In this document: positions 61,361-64,000 of the stretch, piece by piece
Position numbering within the stretch: position 1 is the first letter of the stretch
Layout: each line of letters begins with the position of its first letter
Assembly: GCF_963921235.1 (NCBI RefSeq)
Contig: NC_086097.1
Coordinates: 74,092,001-74,156,000 of the forward strand
Reading direction: 5' to 3'
Length of the DNA stretch: 64,000 bases
DNA from: Mobula hypostoma
Lineage: Eukaryota
Position numbers and translations under genes: made by a program
The notes under the pieces: generated by a model
Told to the model about the DNA's origin: nothing
Database searches by the model: none
The model's input: the letters and a program-made list of their open reading frames with translations, nothing else

Positions 61361-64000
61361 ATAGCATGTACACTAACTGACAGCAGTCAATAGATTCTGT
61401 GTCTTTATACTGAAGATATCACAGGCTCTCAATATTTGATACAAGGTCTCAATACTGTGTACATAATATTGATATCCAACAACTTAGCAGTGTCCATGTC
61501 CTATTTAGTCTAGCTTAAAAACTACCATGCTCAACTCAATCAGTTAAAACAAAGAACGGAGTTGTAAGATGCAAGATGCAGTTTGGGGACAAATCGAAAC
61601 ACAGATGATTTATAAAGCAGTACAGATTTCACAAATCCTTTAAACCTTCTACAACAATGTTATGCACACTTGCCAGCCAGTAAATTGAACGTGTAATAAC
61701 AACTGAACATTGGAAATAAGAGTGCTCTGTCCATGATTTTGTTTTAATCTAATTGAGTATGAGTGGAAGGGAATCAAGCTATTATACAACAGATAGGGGA
61801 TATAAAAAAATGAATTATACAAAATAGAATTGCTCAAGAGCAGAAGCAGTGATGTACATCAAGACAAGTCTTGCAATCTGCATGTAATAGAAACATGGCA
61901 TGTTTTCCCCTGTAATGTGCAATTAAATTAATCCTATTGCTCAAATCATGGTTTTAACATGGTTGATAAAGAATTCTTGGGAGCAGGAAAGGGTATTTCA
62001 GTCCAACAAGCCTGTCAGTTTTTAAATATATATTTTATGTTTTTCCACTATATTCCTGAAATCTTATTTCCCAAGAAAAACTTGAACCTATTTACTCCAC
62101 CTGCTTCAATGACAGTTCTTGTTAAGATTTCAGAACACTTCTGACAGAACATTTCCTCTTGCTTTTCTCTCCCACTCAAAGAGACACCTTCCAACATCCT
62201 GTGGCAGATGACCTGCAGCTTCTTTGGATGAACTTCAAAATGTCTCTTTAATTAGGGTCAACACTATGTTAGTGGGCTTAACCCTCCCACATACAGAAAG
62301 CCATACAAGCCAGAAAATTCAACCTGCAGATCAGCAGCTACTGCAGGCACATTCCTGGTTCCCTCAGCAGAGGGTGGCCAGACTGAGAGTCACTTGTTGA
62401 TCACCCTGATGGCAATTTTCCAAAAGCCTGTTTGCTGAGGATCTCCAGCCTCTTATCAACAAGCAAACTTTGCTGGTTAAAAAATGAAGCTCCATCAACA
62501 AGCAGGTTTGAGTGGTGCAGGGCCACTAGCTGAGCAACCCAGAACGTCACCCTGTTGCAAAGTATAAGTAGGTTCCATTCTTATAGAAACCTGCTATTCA
62601 CAGCTTTTAACCTGTGCTCTGATCACAAAAACATTAATCAGTACAGTGAAGCTGCTGAGATGAGTTCAGCTAGAATGGCAAAGAACCATGAAAGTAAACC
62701 TGAGAAACCAAAATGAAGGTCACACAAGTGGAAAATTACCCAACTGGGAAACATACATTTCATTCATAATTTTTTAATAACAAAGTGCAAAAGCCCATCC
62801 AAACTCTAAGCAAAAGCCTAATTTCTACATCTTCAGTAAATACTTGGCAGAGGTGAAAGTGGAGTCAGCCAAAGTTTGAAAATTAAAATTTTTGTAACAA
62901 TGCATTGAGTAACTAACAGTGAAAGGCAATTAAAATAAGTGCCTTTGGTCTCAAGTTTTTACAATGTGTGAGCACTATTACAGAGATATCCAACTGACAG
63001 CTTTGAAAGATCCTACAGGTATATAAATTGAAATCAACACAAAATTAATAACCTCGCCTAAGAGTCAAAACTTCGGTTCAATAAAGATCCTTTAGCAGAA
63101 AAGGCAGAAGATGAAAGTCAGTACAGCTGCTTCCAAGTATCCCTGCTGCAACTACAATCAAGTAAGAATCAAAGCAGCTATATCCCTTAACTCATTGATG
63201 ATGGAATGCTTAAGCAAGCTCAAGATTTATATTCTTGCTTGTATCATCACTATTTCATAAGCTGTTCATGGCGCAAACTCTTTAAAATTAGAGGAGATCC
63301 TACGTATGCAGAGGATTAGATAAAAGCCGATCCATTTCTCATCAGCTATACTGCAACTAAATCTGTCGACTTACATATCAGTTAAGATGGCTGAAACACG
63401 GACCAAAAAAGAAACACAGAAAGAAACAAAGTGATGCTAAGTTTATTCAATTACGACATATTCCTGGAAGAATTTTTTAAAAATGTTAAAAGTAAAACCA
63501 AAGTTTTGGTGAGTAATTGAATTTGTGGTTTTTCCATTTAATAATTAAGGAAATTGAACACTACAGTACCAATTTCTTGCATGAGCCTTGTGAGATTATT
63601 AACTTTACAGGATAAGAATAAAGAAACACATTTCCCATAAAGAAACATCACAGATCTCCACATTAACAGTGCTTTAAAGAGCAAGCAAAAAGTTAACTCA
63701 TTAGTAAAAGTGACTTAGGATAAATTATATTTAAATAACTTAACATCGGAGACATCAATATGAGCTCTATCATATGACCTGCAATGTGCATCACTAAGAC
63801 TAAAGTAGCACAGGATTCCAAAAGAAGGCACTCAGAAACCTTAATGGGAATTTGACAGAGTCACTGAGGGACCATCATGTGGAGCACATTGCAACCATTG
63901 CCCCTTGGCTATGACGTTAGCAAACTGTAGATTGGGTGTCCCAGCCCTCTTCAGCCTGTAGATTGTGGAGTATTTTTTATCAAATTTGGGTCAGCAGTGT

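Overview
Repeat-rich, AT-rich vertebrate genomic DNA. The repeat repertoire (HE1/V-SINE-like SINEs, CR1, Rex1/Babar, Penelope, fish-type L1) suggests a cartilaginous fish, which is an inference. The only host coding exon I can support is a 74-nt minus-strand exon of dph6 (diphthine--ammonia ligase; EKEAAEAVSVGAILSDYQRVRVENV) at 10336-10409, so the rest of the window is most likely dph6 intron. Most ORF-track entries are transposon remnants or noise. The main observations are: (1) a deleted Gypsy LTR element whose pol core is replaced by captured host coding sequence, a RABEP1 fragment interrupted by an SH3KBP1/CIN85-like coiled-coil fragment; (2) two ~210-bp TSD-flanked palindromic Penelope-derived mini-elements, each carrying an intact minimal hammerhead-ribozyme core; (3) a multi-level nested insertion stack containing an inverted Rex1 pair that shares private mutations; (4) a SCAN-domain (Gmr1-type) Gypsy remnant; (5) a hAT remnant with a 6-bp TSD. 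Protein identifications come from recalled sequences, not from a database search, and repeat boundaries without TSDs are approximate.
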